From Bdellovibrionales bacterium (GTDB lineage: Bacteria > Bdellovibrionota > UBA1018 > CAIMNF01), in the NCBI GenBank assembly GCA_947372355.1, contig CANBTI010000006.1, positions 354 through 64,353 of the forward strand: a DNA stretch of 64,000 nt. Reading direction: 5' to 3'. Position 1 is the stretch's first letter. Every line of letters starts with the position of its first letter. The notes below the pieces were generated by a model. It saw nothing but the letters and a program-made list of their open reading frames with translations, had not been told where the DNA came from and did no database searches. Both the position numbers and the translations under genes were made by a program. Below, piece by piece: positions 29,514 to 39,943 of the stretch.

Positions 29514-30008
29514 ATGAGCTTAAATAAATTTCCTGAACTATCTAAATTCTTTACCACCTATTTTTCTGAGGCCGATGCCGAACAGGATTTGGAATCTACT
29601 AAATCTTTTCTTTCTACCGCTTCAACGAATGAGCAACAAAAAGTTTTGCTTCAAGCTAAAGAATTGATCAATGAATCTCATTCGATCGTTGAGGATTTAG
29701 GAATGCAGGCAAACCGTTGGTTTGGAGATGCCGAAGAAGCGCAAGCTTGGGTTAAAACCATCATTGGTTTTATGGATAACAATCAAAGTTCTGATTCTGT
29801 GATCGTTAAAGATTCAAATGGAGCAACATTAGCCGACGGAGACGCAGTTACTGTAATCAAGGATCTAAAGGTTAAAGGCGGAACTAGTGATCTAAAACGC
29901 GGAACCCTAGTTAAAAAAATTCGCCTCATCGGAGATCCAGAAAACATTGAGTGCAATGTGAATGGAAGCACTCTCGTTTTAAAAACATGTTTTCTAAAGA
30001 AGGCTTAA
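29514..30008 (+). CDS. PhnA/YjdM C-terminal domain fused to a CdiI-like N-terminal domain
   Basis: VKDSNGATLADGDAVTVIKDLKVKG...LKTCFLKKA is PhnA-C. N-terminus FPELSKFFTTYFSE replaces the usual zinc ribbon. Confidence 0.75.
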   Translation: MSLNKFPELSKFFTTYFSEADAEQDLESTKSFLSTASTNEQQKVLLQAKELINESHSIVEDLGMQANRWFGDAEEAQAWVKTIIGFMDNNQSSDSVIVKDSNGATLADGDAVTVIKDLKVKGGTSDLKRGTLVKKIRLIGDPENIECNVNGSTLVLKTCFLKKA

Positions 30009-30013
30009 AATCA

Positions 30014-30973
30014 CTAAGGGTTTTTAAACCAAGGTAAATCATTCCACAAAAGTGCGGAAAGCTCATCTTGTCCTTTAGCATTAGGATGAAAGCAATCTTT
30101 GGCTAATCCCTCAATTTTAATCTCTCTTTTGAAAAGAGAATGACTAAATATAAAATCAAATTGAGGATAAGTTTTAGAAAGTTCAAGAGTGATCGACTCA
30201 AGAAATTTATTTTTATTCTCAATCACCTGAACACTCGCAGCATATTGCTCAGGCGTATTCCAGGTTACTAAAGGTAAACAATATTTATCTTTTTCTTTAA
30301 TACGATATTCACAAGTTGTATCTTTACTCAAAGGGTAATCTAAAATTTCTCTTTTTCCTAAATCAGGAATTTTTGGAAGTGAAGATACTAAAACTCGAAT
30401 GGGTTGATCTTGCTTAATCACCGAAATGATTTTAAAAAATTCACGAATTGAAGCAGCCATCTCCACTTCAGGAGTACCCCCCGGATTCCAATCAATGCAT
30501 GCATCATTGGAACCAATCAAAAAAGTAAGGTACAATACTTTTTGAAATTCACCGGTTTTCCAAATATTAATGATATCTTTTGCCTGACCGGGAAGATCAG
30601 CAGCAACAGCCCCAGCCATTGCAAAATTTCTACTTTCTAATTCTAATTCTGGTTCAGCAATTTTAAGATAATCCTTCAATCGAACATAATGAGATTGAAT
30701 ATTGCTACCAGTACCAAATGATAAAGTAGATTTATTATTTAAGAGTTGGGCAAGCCGCACTTTCCATTCAGGAATATTATGAGGTGGATGAGGTGGAGAA
30801 GTAATTTTATTTTCTGAAGCTAAAATAACTGCACTGGTGTTGGCAAGAAAACCTGCGCTAATTGAATCACCCACTGTAATCATCAGAGCTTTTGATTTTT
30901 GTTCAGCAGCATGAGAGTTTGTCATCGAAGTAAATAACAATAAATTCAGCAGTATGATGCTAAAGAATCTCAT
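30014..30973 (-). CDS. SGNH/GDSL hydrolase, secreted
   Basis: GDSIS, IGSNDAC, DCFHPN. Confidence 0.9.
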   Translation of the reverse strand: MRFFSIILLNLLLFTSMTNSHAAEQKSKALMITVGDSISAGFLANTSAVILASENKITSPPHPPHNIPEWKVRLAQLLNNKSTLSFGTGSNIQSHYVRLKDYLKIAEPELELESRNFAMAGAVAADLPGQAKDIINIWKTGEFQKVLYLTFLIGSNDACIDWNPGGTPEVEMAASIREFFKIISVIKQDQPIRVLVSSLPKIPDLGKREILDYPLSKDTTCEYRIKEKDKYCLPLVTWNTPEQYAASVQVIENKNKFLESITLELSKTYPQFDFIFSHSLFKREIKIEGLAKDCFHPNAKGQDELSALLWNDLPWFKNP

Positions 30974-30999
30974 AGATATATTCTAACAGTACTTCACGA

Positions 31000-31359
31000 C
31001 TAAAGCACTTTTAATTTCATCATCAAAACATTCACTAAAGTGAGTGAGAATAATCCCGTCAAAAACTTAGCCAAAAAGCTCCATTCCTGAAGTGGACTGA
31101 TCACAAATGGAAGAAAAAAGATCAGAGAAATTGGAACAAAAATTAAGGTGCTTTTTGCATAAGAAGAAAGCTCACCCACTGATGTGCCTTGATAACCCAT
31201 GAAAGCAAACGCAATAACGCTTGTCAAAGGTAGAGCCAAAATCAATCCTCCTAGACTTGGATTTCTTTTGGCAATCTCAGTACTCACAGCAATCACTAAA
31301 GATGAAACTAAAACTTTTATAAAAAATGGCATCTGTAACAAAGTGATTACACCAATCAA
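31000..31359 (-). CDS. DUF3147-like membrane protein
   Basis: EIAKR...GGLILALPLTS; start likely at MPFFIK. Confidence 0.75.
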   Translation of the reverse strand: MIGVITLLQMPFFIKVLVSSLVIAVSTEIAKRNPSLGGLILALPLTSVIAFAFMGYQGTSVGELSSYAKSTLIFVPISLIFFLPFVISPLQEWSFLAKFLTGLFSLTLVNVLMMKLKVL

Positions 31360-31383
31360 TTGTATTTAGACAAGAAACTTCTT

Positions 31384-31998
31384 TTAGCTTTTGTATTCCA
31401 GATGGATCGGAGGTGGTTCATGTTTTCCCCATTTTCCAACCCGTTCTACACTACTCGCTTGAGGACCATTCTCCCCCATTTCTTCCACAAACCGAACTTC
31501 ATCTCCTAAGTTCAGAAAATCAAAACCTCTACCCAGAACACTATTTTTGTTAAAATAAACTTCTCTACCCGTTGATGTTTTTAAAAAGCCACCATCGTTT
31601 TCAAGCAATATCTTAATCACGATTCCTTGAAGGGGTTTTTCATGGTGCCTCTTTTTTTCTCGGGAATTTAATTTTGAATAATCTTCCAATTGACGTCTAG
31701 CGGCTCTAAATGCATCCCTGACAGCTAAATAAGGATCCTCATGAGGTTGATGCAAAGGCGGATTTCGATCTACTAAAATCTCATTTCCGGGCAAAGTTAA
31801 ATCAATCCGTACATGATAGAGATTTCCTTGCTGTTTTCTTTTTTCTGATAGTCCAACCACCACTCTTGCTGAAATTAAATAAGGAAAAATGTTATCGAGT
31901 TGTTCCATTTTATCTTTAATGATCGATTCAAGCGCGTTAGAATGATCTAAATGAACAAATGAAATTTGTAACGGTACTTGCATAAAATATGTCTCCAC
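31384..31998 (-). CDS. HPF/RaiA domain fused to a cold-shock domain
   Basis: MQVPLQISF...YHVRIDLTLPG...DAFRAARRQL, then EVYFNKNSV...EEMGENGPQAS. Confidence 0.88.
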   Translation of the reverse strand: METYFMQVPLQISFVHLDHSNALESIIKDKMEQLDNIFPYLISARVVVGLSEKRKQQGNLYHVRIDLTLPGNEILVDRNPPLHQPHEDPYLAVRDAFRAARRQLEDYSKLNSREKKRHHEKPLQGIVIKILLENDGGFLKTSTGREVYFNKNSVLGRGFDFLNLGDEVRFVEEMGENGPQASSVERVGKWGKHEPPPIHLEYKS

Positions 31999-32013
31999 AT
32001 TTATTGATGCATT

Positions 32014-33027
32014 TTAAGTGCCAATTAATTCTTTAAAACCAAATTCGATCCAAAACCTTCCAGCATCTGTTTTAATTGGAACAGTAATCGTATTTTTTTC
32101 TTTACCGCAGCTATTGGATTGAATGGACTCACCACGAATTAAACTTGGTAGTGCCATACGGATTGCATGACCTTGTTGATTTAAAACTTGTTTGGCAACC
32201 CCGAAACAAACATTGGTAATTTCAGAAGCACCATCTTGTACCTCATCATCAACCTCGGTATAATTTTCTCCCAACATCTTATTGATTAAGGATAAAAAAG
32301 TAGCTTTTTCATAATACATTCCGAAAAAACCAGAAAAATTCTGATCGGTGACACCAATAATGCTACCTACATCGAAAGTAAAAAAGTTTTTTGGAGATTT
32401 TAAAAATGGAGCCCCAATTTCAATTTGTGTTCCAAATTGAGTTTCTAATGTTTTTCTTCCTGCTTTCACAAATTCTAACAATACTTCTGCTCCCCAGTTT
32501 TTATTAAATACTTTGGTAACTGAGGGTGGCTGAACATCTTCATTTTTTTGATTGATGTGAAACACCTGATAAAAAGGACCAAACTCCGTTAGATAGGCTA
32601 ATGTTTGAACCGTTTGTCCTCCTGAGGAACCTGCCTTTTGGATATTTACACCTGACAATAAGGAAGGGAGAGCAACTTGTAATCCCATTCCTTTTTTATT
32701 GAGTTCTGCTTTTGCAACTCCAAAAATAATATTGGTAAATTCAGCAGCTCCATCTTCTATATCAGAGCTCATTTCTGTAAAATCAGTTTCAAGCATTCTA
32801 TTAATAATGCCCAAAAACACCTTTTTACTGAACTGCATTGAAACCGAACCTTGTAGCGTAGGTGAAGTGATTCCAATTAATCCAGCAACGGTACTGATTC
32901 CAGGAGGAGTTTTTCCTCTTTCAAGAAGCTTCACCGAATGAATCGTTGTTTTGCAAAGATCAAGAATGGTCTTTTGAGTTCCCTCTTGAAACTCATGTAA
33001 AATTTCATCAAAACTAAAGTTAGACAT
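32014..33027 (-). CDS. Tandem CheX-domain protein
   Basis: Two copies of DGAxExTNxxFGVAK with a G(L/I)IG(I/V)T strand. Confidence 0.85.
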   Translation of the reverse strand: MSNFSFDEILHEFQEGTQKTILDLCKTTIHSVKLLERGKTPPGISTVAGLIGITSPTLQGSVSMQFSKKVFLGIINRMLETDFTEMSSDIEDGAAEFTNIIFGVAKAELNKKGMGLQVALPSLLSGVNIQKAGSSGGQTVQTLAYLTEFGPFYQVFHINQKNEDVQPPSVTKVFNKNWGAEVLLEFVKAGRKTLETQFGTQIEIGAPFLKSPKNFFTFDVGSIIGVTDQNFSGFFGMYYEKATFLSLINKMLGENYTEVDDEVQDGASEITNVCFGVAKQVLNQQGHAIRMALPSLIRGESIQSNSCGKEKNTITVPIKTDAGRFWIEFGFKELIGT

Positions 33028-33108
33028 CCTTTAATGCTGCTAAAATAGTGAGAATTTTACAATCAGGATATTTGTGTGGTGTTTTTTTGACGCAAAAAAT
33101 ATCAAACA

Positions 33109-33354
33109 CTATTTCAATCGATGAACCAACGCTTCTAATCCGTTTAATTTGATTTCGTACAATAGCCCCAGAAGTTCACCTAACTTACCGGGAGGTAACC
33201 CCTTAGAATGGTACCAAACCACATAAGGTTCAGGTAAATCAATCAGGAGTACATCCTTATACTTTCCAAATGGCATTTTCATCGTTGCCAGTGTTTTTAA
33301 ATCATTTTGGCTCATGCCAACTAAAGTATCATAAAAATTTAAAAACCCTGCCAA
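33109..33354 (-). CDS. DUF3820 family protein
   Basis: MPFGKYK...LIDLPEPYVVW...YEIKLNGLE. Confidence 0.88.
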   Translation of the reverse strand: MAGFLNFYDTLVGMSQNDLKTLATMKMPFGKYKDVLLIDLPEPYVVWYHSKGLPPGKLGELLGLLYEIKLNGLEALVHRLK

Positions 33355-34166
33355 TAAGCAGCATCCACTTCACTTTTTATAAATTCAGTTTTTTCAAACC
33401 CTGTTCTTTCTAACGTATCAATATCTTGTGGCTGCCAAAAATACATGGATTTTTTAATGAGATAACAATAACTTTCTTGTTGATGTTGTTCATAATCAGA
33501 ATACTTTAAAACGGTCGGACATACAGTTTTTGGAACAATAAAATAATTAGTCCATTGATGCATCTTTGTAGGCCCATTCATGAAAGTATAATCAATCACA
33601 TTTTCAGTAATTTCATTCCCTTCATTCACTAATACATAAGGTGAAACATGAAACCACCAATAGTAATTATAATCCCAAATATATTTTGAAGTAAAAAAGA
33701 GAAATACTTTCATTAAATTTATATTCCGCTTCTTGTTTTCTTCATAAACCCAAACATGAGCTTTATTATAACATTGAGCACGAGATCGAAAATTCGGATT
33801 TAACTCCCTAAATATTACATTCGCATCACCCATACTGGGCAAAACGGTTGGAACATATTCAAATAGTGAGGGAAGTAAGAAATCATGCATTCCTGATGCA
33901 CTGGCTCCAATCACTTTTACATTGCTGATGATACGGTCATCATTTAATTCAATTTCAAAAACTAAGTGTTTTTTTGTCCCTTCAGTGAGCATAGTTAACA
34001 TTTTAATTTGATCAATCGGCAACTTACCCACTACCCCATCTTTCATTAAAAATATTAAATGAGGATCCGTTTCGTTTCTGGCTAAATGAACTGAAGCAAT
34101 CTCAGTTTGAATGGTTGATGCAAAGCTAGCTGTGGATAAATATAACAATAGTGCAATCTTAAACAT
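33339..34166 (-). CDS. Protein-glutamine glutaminase-like secreted Cys enzyme
   Basis: QCYNKAHVW, WWFHVSP, VID triad pattern; start at MFKIALL (signal peptide). Confidence 0.7.
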   Translation of the reverse strand: MFKIALLLYLSTASFASTIQTEIASVHLARNETDPHLIFLMKDGVVGKLPIDQIKMLTMLTEGTKKHLVFEIELNDDRIISNVKVIGASASGMHDFLLPSLFEYVPTVLPSMGDANVIFRELNPNFRSRAQCYNKAHVWVYEENKKRNINLMKVFLFFTSKYIWDYNYYWWFHVSPYVLVNEGNEITENVIDYTFMNGPTKMHQWTNYFIVPKTVCPTVLKYSDYEQHQQESYCYLIKKSMYFWQPQDIDTLERTGFEKTEFIKSEVDAAYWQGF

Positions 34167-34178
34167 ATCATTTAAAAA

Positions 34179-34275
34179 GCATGAAATATGCCAAATAAAA
34201 ATTAAATTGTCACATTGATGCTCGATCATGGTTCTAATCAATTATCAATAATTTTATAATGGCACTATCATTGCA
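34179..34275. promoter_or_regulatory. Divergent sigma54-type promoters
   Basis: Minus strand TTGGCATATTTCATGC (34179-34194); plus strand TGGCACTATCATTGCA (34260-34275). Confidence 0.7.
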
Positions 34276-34287
34276 AAAGATGAATCC

Positions 34288-35664
34288 ATGAATAATACAA
34301 ATATTAATATGGGTTTTAACATTGATCGATCACTTCATGCTCTGGTTGCTTTTATCTCATTTACGGCTGTTGGAATGGCAATAGAAAGCTGTTCCACCAT
34401 TCCTAAAGCTGAAATTGCTTCCGATGCAAACCCCACCGCTGAAGTATTAAGCTTAAATAAATCTATACAAGAAGGTTATGCAAACCAATATGATATTCTT
34501 GCAAATGATGATTTTACGAAAGCAGTGGAATATGACGAAGATGCTAAAAATAATCTAAATAAAGGTAAATCAAATGAGAATATTTTAGATCTGGTGTCTT
34601 CCGGTAAAGGATATTTTATTGAAGCTAAAAATAAATCTAATTCAAGAAGGCCGTCGGTAGAAAGGATCTTGAAAGCTCGAAGTGCTGCATTAGCAGCTGG
34701 TATCAGAAATGCGGAACAAGAAGAAAAGCTTAAGGAAGTGGATCAACAATTGAGATCAAATTCCGATAATTTTAATACAAAATTAAGTGAAAATGAATTT
34801 TTAAAATTTGAGAATGATTATTATAGTCTTGAATTATTAAGCATACAAAATCGTGAACTCAATTCGATTCGTAATTTAATATCAAGTGCGAAAAATAAAA
34901 ATGCTGTTAAATATGCACCAAAAACATATCTACAAGCAGAAACTGATTTTAAAAACGCTGAAAATGCTATTAAAAATGCCCCCTATGACAGAGCGACTTA
35001 TCAATCCTCAGTTGATAAAGCTCAAGCAAGTGCAAACTATCTCTTTTCCATTACCTCTAGAATCAATACTTCAAATCCCAGAATGAATGAAGAAACTGCA
35101 CTTCAAGTAGTGAAACAAGATAAGGAACCTAGTTATCTTCAGACAGCTTTAAACACTGAAGAGGCTTCGAAAAGAAACCTTGAAAAAACACTGACTGAAA
35201 AAGAAATCGTCCTTTCACAACTTCAAAGTAAACAACAAAGACAAGAAGCAATTGCATCCGCTCAAAATGAGTTCACAGAAGATGAGGCTGAAGTTTTTCA
35301 ACAAGGTGATAAAGTTTTAATTCGCTTGAAAAAAATAAACTTTCCATCTGGAAGTGCCAAAATCCCTAGCGCATCAGATGCCCTACTTTCTAAGGTAATG
35401 AGCACGATTGATCGACTCAATCCTGATGAGATTAAGGTTGAAGGACACACTGACACTACCGGAAGCCCTCGAAAAAATATTGAGCTCTCACAATTAAGAG
35501 CAATGGAAATTGCCAACTATTTGAAAAACGATCCTAAATCGACAGCAAAGATTGAAGCTGTCGGACGAGGATATGAAAAACCAATTGCTACGAACAAAAC
35601 GGCAATAGGGCGTGCTCAAAATAGACGAGTAGATATTATCATCACGCCCAAATCATCAATTTAG
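34288..35664 (+). CDS. OmpA-family protein with coiled-coil N-terminus
   Basis: VEGHTD, NIELSQLRA, GRAQNRRVDI. Confidence 0.9.
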   Translation: MNNTNINMGFNIDRSLHALVAFISFTAVGMAIESCSTIPKAEIASDANPTAEVLSLNKSIQEGYANQYDILANDDFTKAVEYDEDAKNNLNKGKSNENILDLVSSGKGYFIEAKNKSNSRRPSVERILKARSAALAAGIRNAEQEEKLKEVDQQLRSNSDNFNTKLSENEFLKFENDYYSLELLSIQNRELNSIRNLISSAKNKNAVKYAPKTYLQAETDFKNAENAIKNAPYDRATYQSSVDKAQASANYLFSITSRINTSNPRMNEETALQVVKQDKEPSYLQTALNTEEASKRNLEKTLTEKEIVLSQLQSKQQRQEAIASAQNEFTEDEAEVFQQGDKVLIRLKKINFPSGSAKIPSASDALLSKVMSTIDRLNPDEIKVEGHTDTTGSPRKNIELSQLRAMEIANYLKNDPKSTAKIEAVGRGYEKPIATNKTAIGRAQNRRVDIIITPKSSI

Positions 35665-35690
35665 CTGATATCGGCTAAATCCTGTCACCT

Positions 35691-35723
35691 AAGCGCTCCT
35701 GGAATTTTATTCAGGGGCGCTTT
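35691..35723. terminator. Hairpin terminator between convergent genes
   Basis: AAGCGCTCCTGGA-loop-TTCAGGGGCGCTT. Confidence 0.7.
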
Positions 35724-35725
35724 CC

Positions 35726-36343
35726 TTATTTTATAGAATTCAGTAAATTTAAAACATCAGTATTCTGATTGTAACTTGCCATATCTTTTGATGAAGCAAG
35801 ACACTTCGCACTTGGAGAAACCTTCGCTTCTTTTATCATCAGTTGAACCATTTGCAGATATCCTTGGCGAGAAGCAACTGCGAGAGGACAAAGTTTTCCA
35901 CGAGCATTCACATCTATATCTGTTTTAGTGAGTAAAATACGAGCCACTTCGATTGAATCATTGAGTGCTGCTACATGAAGTGGATTTCTACCCATTAAAG
36001 TTGTCACATTCACATCCGCTGATCGAGCGAGCAATAACTCCACCGATTCAGTTTTTTCATACTTAGCTGCAACCATGAGGGGTGTGTATTGAGAAATAGG
36101 TTGAGCTAAATTAGGATTTGCACCTTGCTCTAAAAGTGCCGCCACCATTTCATTTGAATCAAGTTTGATGGCGTAAGTGAGTGGAGTTTCTGTATCGGTA
36201 ACCGAATCAACGGAAACTCCAGCTTTAATTTGAGCCACTACCCCAGGAACATCATCATTGATCAGGGCATCCCAAAATAAATCGTAAGGTTTTTCTTCGG
36301 CCATTGCAGATGGGGTAAATAATAGAAAAATAAGCGATAACAT
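35726..36343 (-). CDS. Secreted ankyrin-repeat protein
   Basis: TPLTYA, TPLMVAA, NPLHVAA repeats; signal peptide. Confidence 0.92.
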   Translation of the reverse strand: MLSLIFLLFTPSAMAEEKPYDLFWDALINDDVPGVVAQIKAGVSVDSVTDTETPLTYAIKLDSNEMVAALLEQGANPNLAQPISQYTPLMVAAKYEKTESVELLLARSADVNVTTLMGRNPLHVAALNDSIEVARILLTKTDIDVNARGKLCPLAVASRQGYLQMVQLMIKEAKVSPSAKCLASSKDMASYNQNTDVLNLLNSIK

Positions 36344-36374
36344 GAAGAGGTATTATCAATTACAACGCGCTAGG

Positions 36375-37334
36375 TCAATCTGCATTATCTTCTTCTGGGA
36401 ATGATTCAATCATCTGATCTCTAATATGTTCGAGTTCACGAAGTCTTTTACGTAAACGGATGTGGATTCCCAAAGTACTCAAAATGGGGAGGAGCCTCTC
36501 AGCTGCCTTCTCCTCTTTCACAATAAAAAATAGTGGGATGCGCTTTTGTTTTTCAATCGAACCAATGAGAGCTTCAGCCAGCTCATGTTCTGGATCAGCA
36601 TGCGCTTCAAGTGTCACTAGTCCTAGTAATCCTGCTTGGGGTTCAGCGATCCCAGCACATTGCACGAACACTTCCTGATCCCCTTGAAAGCGAGTAGCGG
36701 GCAGATAAAAGGAAGACGCTTCCCAAACACCATCTCTCAGTAACCCTGCTGCCTGAATTCGTTTTAGTCGTGCTTCTTGGATTTCGATCGCATCGTATTT
36801 TTTAAATTGTTCATCTGGAAACTCACTCACTTCAGCGCGCCAACTTTTACTCACCTTCCATAAGTGATAGCAAAAATCTTCCGTTTCCCCGAGCATAGGT
36901 AATTTTTCTTCATCCACCATCGTTACCGCTGTATTGATGGCATCTAATACTTCATAGAGGATTTTCTTTTCATCCGTACGAAGTGGTTCTGGAGGCTGTC
37001 CAGGTTTACAAGATTCATCCGAATCAATGTCATCTTCAGTGATTCCCACTTTGATTGCATCAGTAGTGGCAAAATCTAATCCAAACTCAGGTATCCATTC
37101 ACCACTTCTATATTGCAAATAGCGGTAACAAGGATCATGTCCACGCAAAATGAGAAGTTTGAAATCAGACGCCTGATCTTCTCCAAAAAATGCACAAACA
37201 GTTTGCGTTTCTTCTGCATTCGATGGATCAGTGACTTCAATAAAAATACCAGTCCATTCATCAAAACGTGTCCATGGAGCAAGCTCTAAAAAACGTTCGA
37301 TAATTTGGTCAGGAGCTGGTGATTGTGGATTCAT
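36375..37334 (-). CDS. Hypothetical acidic protein
   Basis: 319-aa ORF, no motif recognised with confidence. Confidence 0.7.
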   Translation of the reverse strand: MNPQSPAPDQIIERFLELAPWTRFDEWTGIFIEVTDPSNAEETQTVCAFFGEDQASDFKLLILRGHDPCYRYLQYRSGEWIPEFGLDFATTDAIKVGITEDDIDSDESCKPGQPPEPLRTDEKKILYEVLDAINTAVTMVDEEKLPMLGETEDFCYHLWKVSKSWRAEVSEFPDEQFKKYDAIEIQEARLKRIQAAGLLRDGVWEASSFYLPATRFQGDQEVFVQCAGIAEPQAGLLGLVTLEAHADPEHELAEALIGSIEKQKRIPLFFIVKEEKAAERLLPILSTLGIHIRLRKRLRELEHIRDQMIESFPEEDNAD

Positions 37335-37351
37335 TAACTATTGTTTTACTA

Positions 37352-38179
37352 TTATTTTACGGTATCAGAGTAGAAAATTCGGTACGCGACTGGAACCTGA
37401 TAGTAATCTTTAGGTTCATAAAACTTCATCGTGCGACTATCTTGAAGTTTTTTAGTCATTTCTTCTCCTGCCATAGCTCTACGCCATACATAAGGAGTCA
37501 CTAAACAAGAATCGCGGTGCATGCCCAAACCTTCTTGATCCGCTTTTACATAAGCCATTTGATAGGCATCACAATGTAATTTATTTGGATAAATACAATA
37601 GTTTACTGCATATCCACGACGAACCTGCTCAAAGTTAAGATTGGCATTTCCTTTATAAACATGGCCAAGAATTCTGCCGTAGCGATCGCATCTCACTTGA
37701 TCCAGTTCCAATGTAATTTGATCTCCAGATTGAACCATGGATAACAAAGATTGCTTTGCTAAAACACCCCATTTTGGTTGAGCCAAAGCCTTGAAATGAA
37801 GCTCAGGAGTATCCATGCCGAGCATACGAATCGCGAGTAATTTATTGTTAGCATAAAAGTGAATGGTATCTCCATCCACTACTCGATAAACTTTACCCGT
37901 TAGGGTTTTAATCCCTTTATATTCCCATTCATTACAGTAATCCGTTTTTTGGTATGGACCGTCTGAATCCTTCCCTAATCGCTCTACTAATCCACAAGAA
38001 TTAGGAAGATTTACATTCATTTGTGTTTTTAAAAACATTCTCACATCCGCTTCGGTGCGAGGCGCAGTTTGAGTTTGCGCAATAGAATTAAGGGATGAAA
38101 GTAAAGTGAACGCTAGAGCAACCAAAATAGGAGTTAGATTCATAGGGCACACCCTAGTCTCGTCGGTTTTTCCTGTCAA
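37352..38179 (-). CDS. Thermonuclease (SNase) family, secreted
   Basis: RVVDGDT, IRMLGMDTPE, DRYGRILG; start likely at MNLTPIL. Confidence 0.9.
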   Translation of the reverse strand: MTGKTDETRVCPMNLTPILVALAFTLLSSLNSIAQTQTAPRTEADVRMFLKTQMNVNLPNSCGLVERLGKDSDGPYQKTDYCNEWEYKGIKTLTGKVYRVVDGDTIHFYANNKLLAIRMLGMDTPELHFKALAQPKWGVLAKQSLLSMVQSGDQITLELDQVRCDRYGRILGHVYKGNANLNFEQVRRGYAVNYCIYPNKLHCDAYQMAYVKADQEGLGMHRDSCLVTPYVWRRAMAGEEMTKKLQDSRTMKFYEPKDYYQVPVAYRIFYSDTVK

Positions 38180-38214
38180 TTCGAGAATGGTTGAGCTAAA
38201 GAGTTCAACTACTC

Positions 38215-38823
38215 ATGAGCAAAATCACGCTACCCATCCCTATATTGGTTCTCCAGCATCCTCAGGAGCCTTCCAGAAAAGATCACGCAGTGAGTTCAGT
38301 TTCTGTATTAGAAGAAAATCTTTTTCCTTGCCAGGTCAACGTAGGACTCTCTTGGCGTAATCTCGAAGCCGCACTCAAAAAATTTGAGGCCGTTCAGGGC
38401 ATTCCAGAATTTAAAAAAGCCAGTAATTGGGGAACCCTCTATTTAGGAACTCAAAAGCAAACCCAAAATAAAGATGAAATTAAATTTTCAAGTGAACCCG
38501 GATTGTACTTCATGGATAAAAAAGAAGATGCAATATGTGGAATTATTTTACTCGATGGAACTTGGTCTCAAGCGAAAACACTTTGGTGGAGGAATGCCTG
38601 GTTATTAAAAACTAGACGCATGCACTTGATCCCTAAACAAAAATCTCTCTACGGTAATATAAGAAAAGAGCCGCGACCTGAATGTGTATCCACACTCGAA
38701 GCCGCAGCTGAAACATTAAGTTTTTTAGGGGTAGAACCTAGCGTGGAATCAACTCTAAAAGAAAAATTCTCCGAACAACTCAAGGCTTTTAAAGCCTCAA
38801 GAGTGACGATTAAATCTAAATAG
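38215..38823 (+). CDS. DTW-domain tRNA-uridine aminocarboxypropyltransferase
   Basis: LQHPQE, LDGTWSQAK, RKEP...STLEA. Confidence 0.88.
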   Translation: MSKITLPIPILVLQHPQEPSRKDHAVSSVSVLEENLFPCQVNVGLSWRNLEAALKKFEAVQGIPEFKKASNWGTLYLGTQKQTQNKDEIKFSSEPGLYFMDKKEDAICGIILLDGTWSQAKTLWWRNAWLLKTRRMHLIPKQKSLYGNIRKEPRPECVSTLEAAAETLSFLGVEPSVESTLKEKFSEQLKAFKASRVTIKSK

Positions 38824-38824
38824 A

Positions 38825-39154
38825 CTAGCGCTTTTGATTTTTTTGCATTTGAGCGAGCATGTCCATCGCTTTTTTCATTTGCGCTTGCATGTTAGGATTA
38901 TTCATTTGTCCCATGAGTGCACTCATATCTGGCATTCCTTGGGGAGCTCTACCTTGGCCAGGTTTTCCACCCATCATGCCTTGCATTTGGCTCATCATCG
39001 CATTCATATCAGGCATTCCGTTTTTGCCACCCATTTGCTTCATCATTTTGATGGAAGGATAAATAACTTTAAAGAAAAGAAATACATTGATCGCAGTTAA
39101 AATCGCTACAAAAATCCAACTCACTAATATCCAGTTCATATCATCTCCAATCAC
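38825..39154 (-). CDS. Single-TM protein with Met/Gln/Gly-rich tail
   Basis: N-terminal TM helix; GMPDM repeats. Confidence 0.7.
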   Translation of the reverse strand: MIGDDMNWILVSWIFVAILTAINVFLFFKVIYPSIKMMKQMGGKNGMPDMNAMMSQMQGMMGGKPGQGRAPQGMPDMSALMGQMNNPNMQAQMKKAMDMLAQMQKNQKR

Positions 39155-39195
39155 AAAGTTTGTCTTTGAAGACTAGCGAAGCGTGAGGTGTAACG

Positions 39196-39939
39196 TCAAG
39201 GCCAAAAAACCGGCTTCAATTTGCGGTTAAACTTTTCATCAAAATGTGCGTCATTCTTGAAACAAACTCTGCAAACCGATTCTGGAACGGGTGTAGCCAA
39301 TAGACGGCCATCCGCTTTTTCATCACTTTTTAAAATAGTAAAGGTAGTCACCATGAGCCATAGGGATAAATCGTGAGAATTCATTAATGGCCGACTTAAT
39401 GGAAATGGAAGAACAATTTTTTTCTTCAAAAATCCGGTTGGTGTCGACATCATTTCATTTGTTTTGACACTAAAGCTGGATGAATAACACCCCATGGAAT
39501 CATCATCAAAGGTTTGTCCTATTGGTTTAGCCAAATAATAAATTTCACGTGGTAATGGTATTTTTGTTAAGGAAGTTTTCAAACACTTCGGGTTTGTTTC
39601 TTCTTCTTGATCCAGTTCCAAATAAGGTTGAATCGCTGGCACATAAAAGTATGTAGCCTGACCCTTTTCAATAGAGTTTACACATTCCCTGATCGAACTT
39701 CCGTTTTTAACAGCATCATTCCACAGTTCCTCTGGATGTTGGCAACTTAACACTCGATCTTTCACTTTAAAATCATCATGCTCTGTTGGGGCATAATCGG
39801 GGCGATGATAAGCAACCGCAAGAACGTTCACTCTCTCTATTTGAACTTTGGTGCTTTCTGATTTTACCATGTAAGAACGAGTGCAAGAAAGATTCATGAT
39901 GAGTGGTAATAGAAAAAGGGTGCTGATCAATTTGTTCAT
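39196..39939 (-). CDS. Hypothetical lipoprotein
   Basis: Lipobox-like NLSC; several Cys. Confidence 0.7.
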   Translation of the reverse strand: MNKLISTLFLLPLIMNLSCTRSYMVKSESTKVQIERVNVLAVAYHRPDYAPTEHDDFKVKDRVLSCQHPEELWNDAVKNGSSIRECVNSIEKGQATYFYVPAIQPYLELDQEEETNPKCLKTSLTKIPLPREIYYLAKPIGQTFDDDSMGCYSSSFSVKTNEMMSTPTGFLKKKIVLPFPLSRPLMNSHDLSLWLMVTTFTILKSDEKADGRLLATPVPESVCRVCFKNDAHFDEKFNRKLKPVFWP

Positions 39940-39943
39940 AGAT

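Noticed and set aside
32014-33027. Orphan double CheX as a novel system
   Set aside because: Stand-alone CheX-like genes are common; nothing else nearby supports more.
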